NCBI GenBank assembly: GCA_013265495.1
Contig: MU057781.1
Span: 932,001 to 992,000 of the forward strand
DNA length: 60,000 nt
Direction of reading: 5' to 3'
Source of the DNA: Vicugna vicugna
Taxonomy: Eukaryota
Each line of letters begins with the position of its first letter. Within the stretch, counting starts at the first letter, position 1. The notes under the pieces are model-generated. The model had not been told where the DNA came from. It made no database searches and saw nothing but the letters and a program-made list of their open reading frames with translations. Made by a program: the position numbers and the translations under genes. Positions 59,178 to 60,000 of the stretch are shown piece by piece.

Positions 59178-59275
59178 AAACTCCATTTCGCAGATGAGAG
59201 AACGGGGCCTGAAGAGCTTCTGAGACCTGCCTGAGCTGCGTTGACAGGATGGGTGCCTCGTTGCTGTGACTCCGA
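59178..59275 (-). mobile_element. MIR SINE fragment
   Basis: ctccatttcgcagatgagagaacggggcctgaagag resembles cccattttacagatgaggaaactgaggctcagaga. Confidence 0.6.
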
Positions 59276-60000
59276 AGGCCGAGCTGGCGGCCGAGCTGGA
59301 GACACTGGGCAGGGGGCCGCAGAGCAGGCGGAGGGAGCGGCAGTGGTGCGGGGTCGGGAGGCGAGGGGAGTCGGTCAACTGTAGGAAGGGATCAGTTGGC
59401 CTCCCTGGAGCAGGACAGAGGTGTGGAGGTGAAGGCGCAGGGATTCCGAGGTGGGGGGAAGGCCCCCCATGACGGCCGTCTGCGTGGGAGAGCCCGGGGA
59501 CAAGGAGGGCGTTTGGTGGGACCAGCAGGAGGGGTGGGCCGGAGGACCTTGGTGGGGGTGGACAGGGCTCACTCAGGCCCTCGGGTTCCCCCCTGCGGGG
59601 TGACAGCATGGAGGCTGGGGGGCGGGGCCTCTTGGGTGACCCTGGGGCCCAGGCACAGGGACGCTTCTGCAGGAGCCTGTGTGGGCACAGAGCGGGGCGG
59701 TCCTGGGGCCAGGACTCTGGAGGCTGCTGACGCAGGGTCCAGGGTCCCTGTGAAACGGGGAGACTAGGGATGAGGCAGTCACTGGAGGGCAACTGAGGGC
59801 TGGGGGCTGGGGGGAACCGCCAAGATTAAAGGTGGGGAGTTGAGGGGTGGCTGTTGGACCCCTTTAGACCGTGTGCTCACAGTCCCTGTGCACTTGAGAT
59901 GGCCCAGGGGGAGAAGGGGCTGGCTTCAGGAGGGAGGTTCCAGAAGGGAATGCTCGCATCTTGTGCTGCGACCACGAGTCTGTGGCTGCCAGCTGGCCCT

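Larger units (their letters stand above)
49999..60000 (+). other. INPP5A: INPP5A intron 2 (5' part)
   Basis: Starts at donor CAG|GTAAGC. The next exon (VVHTHKPHFMALHCQ...) was not seen in the window. Confidence 0.85.

Noticed and set aside
1..60000. Numerous G-quadruplex-like G-run clusters; a novel multi-gene system
   Set aside because: G-runs are expected at this GC content. No credible coding unit other than the INPP5A exon was found, so I do not claim a new system.

Overview
This window is mammalian genomic DNA, not microbial. Two tRNA-Ala-derived SINEs of the camelid Vic-1 type and camelid-looking L1 3' ends suggest alpaca, llama or camel; I saw no Alu, B1, Bov-A, PRE or Can-SINE copies. 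The window lies inside INPP5A (type I inositol-1,4,5-trisphosphate 5-phosphatase, + strand). The only confident coding sequence is a 42-nt exon at 49957-49998 (PENLQKNWLREFYQ, exon 2 by recall of the human gene). About 50 kb of intron 1 precedes it and 10 kb of intron 2 follows. The rest is very GC-rich intronic DNA with old and younger L1 relics, MaLR LTRs, hAT-Charlie elements, MIR/L2 fragments, small CpG islands and AT-rich non-repeat blocks that may be enhancers. Nearly all ORF-track entries are GC-content artefacts or L1 remnants. I found no new multi-gene system. The most interesting signals are: (i) L1 ORF2 fossils locally rewritten to about 78% GC, forming CpG-island-like patches, consistent with intense GC-biased gene conversion; (ii) a candidate alternative first exon (ATG 11573 to donor 11599) in frame with exon 2; (iii) nested insertions with readable target-site duplications (TSDs) and a twin-priming-type L1 inversion. 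Repeat family names come from recalled consensus sequences, not a database search, and most repeat boundaries are approximate.
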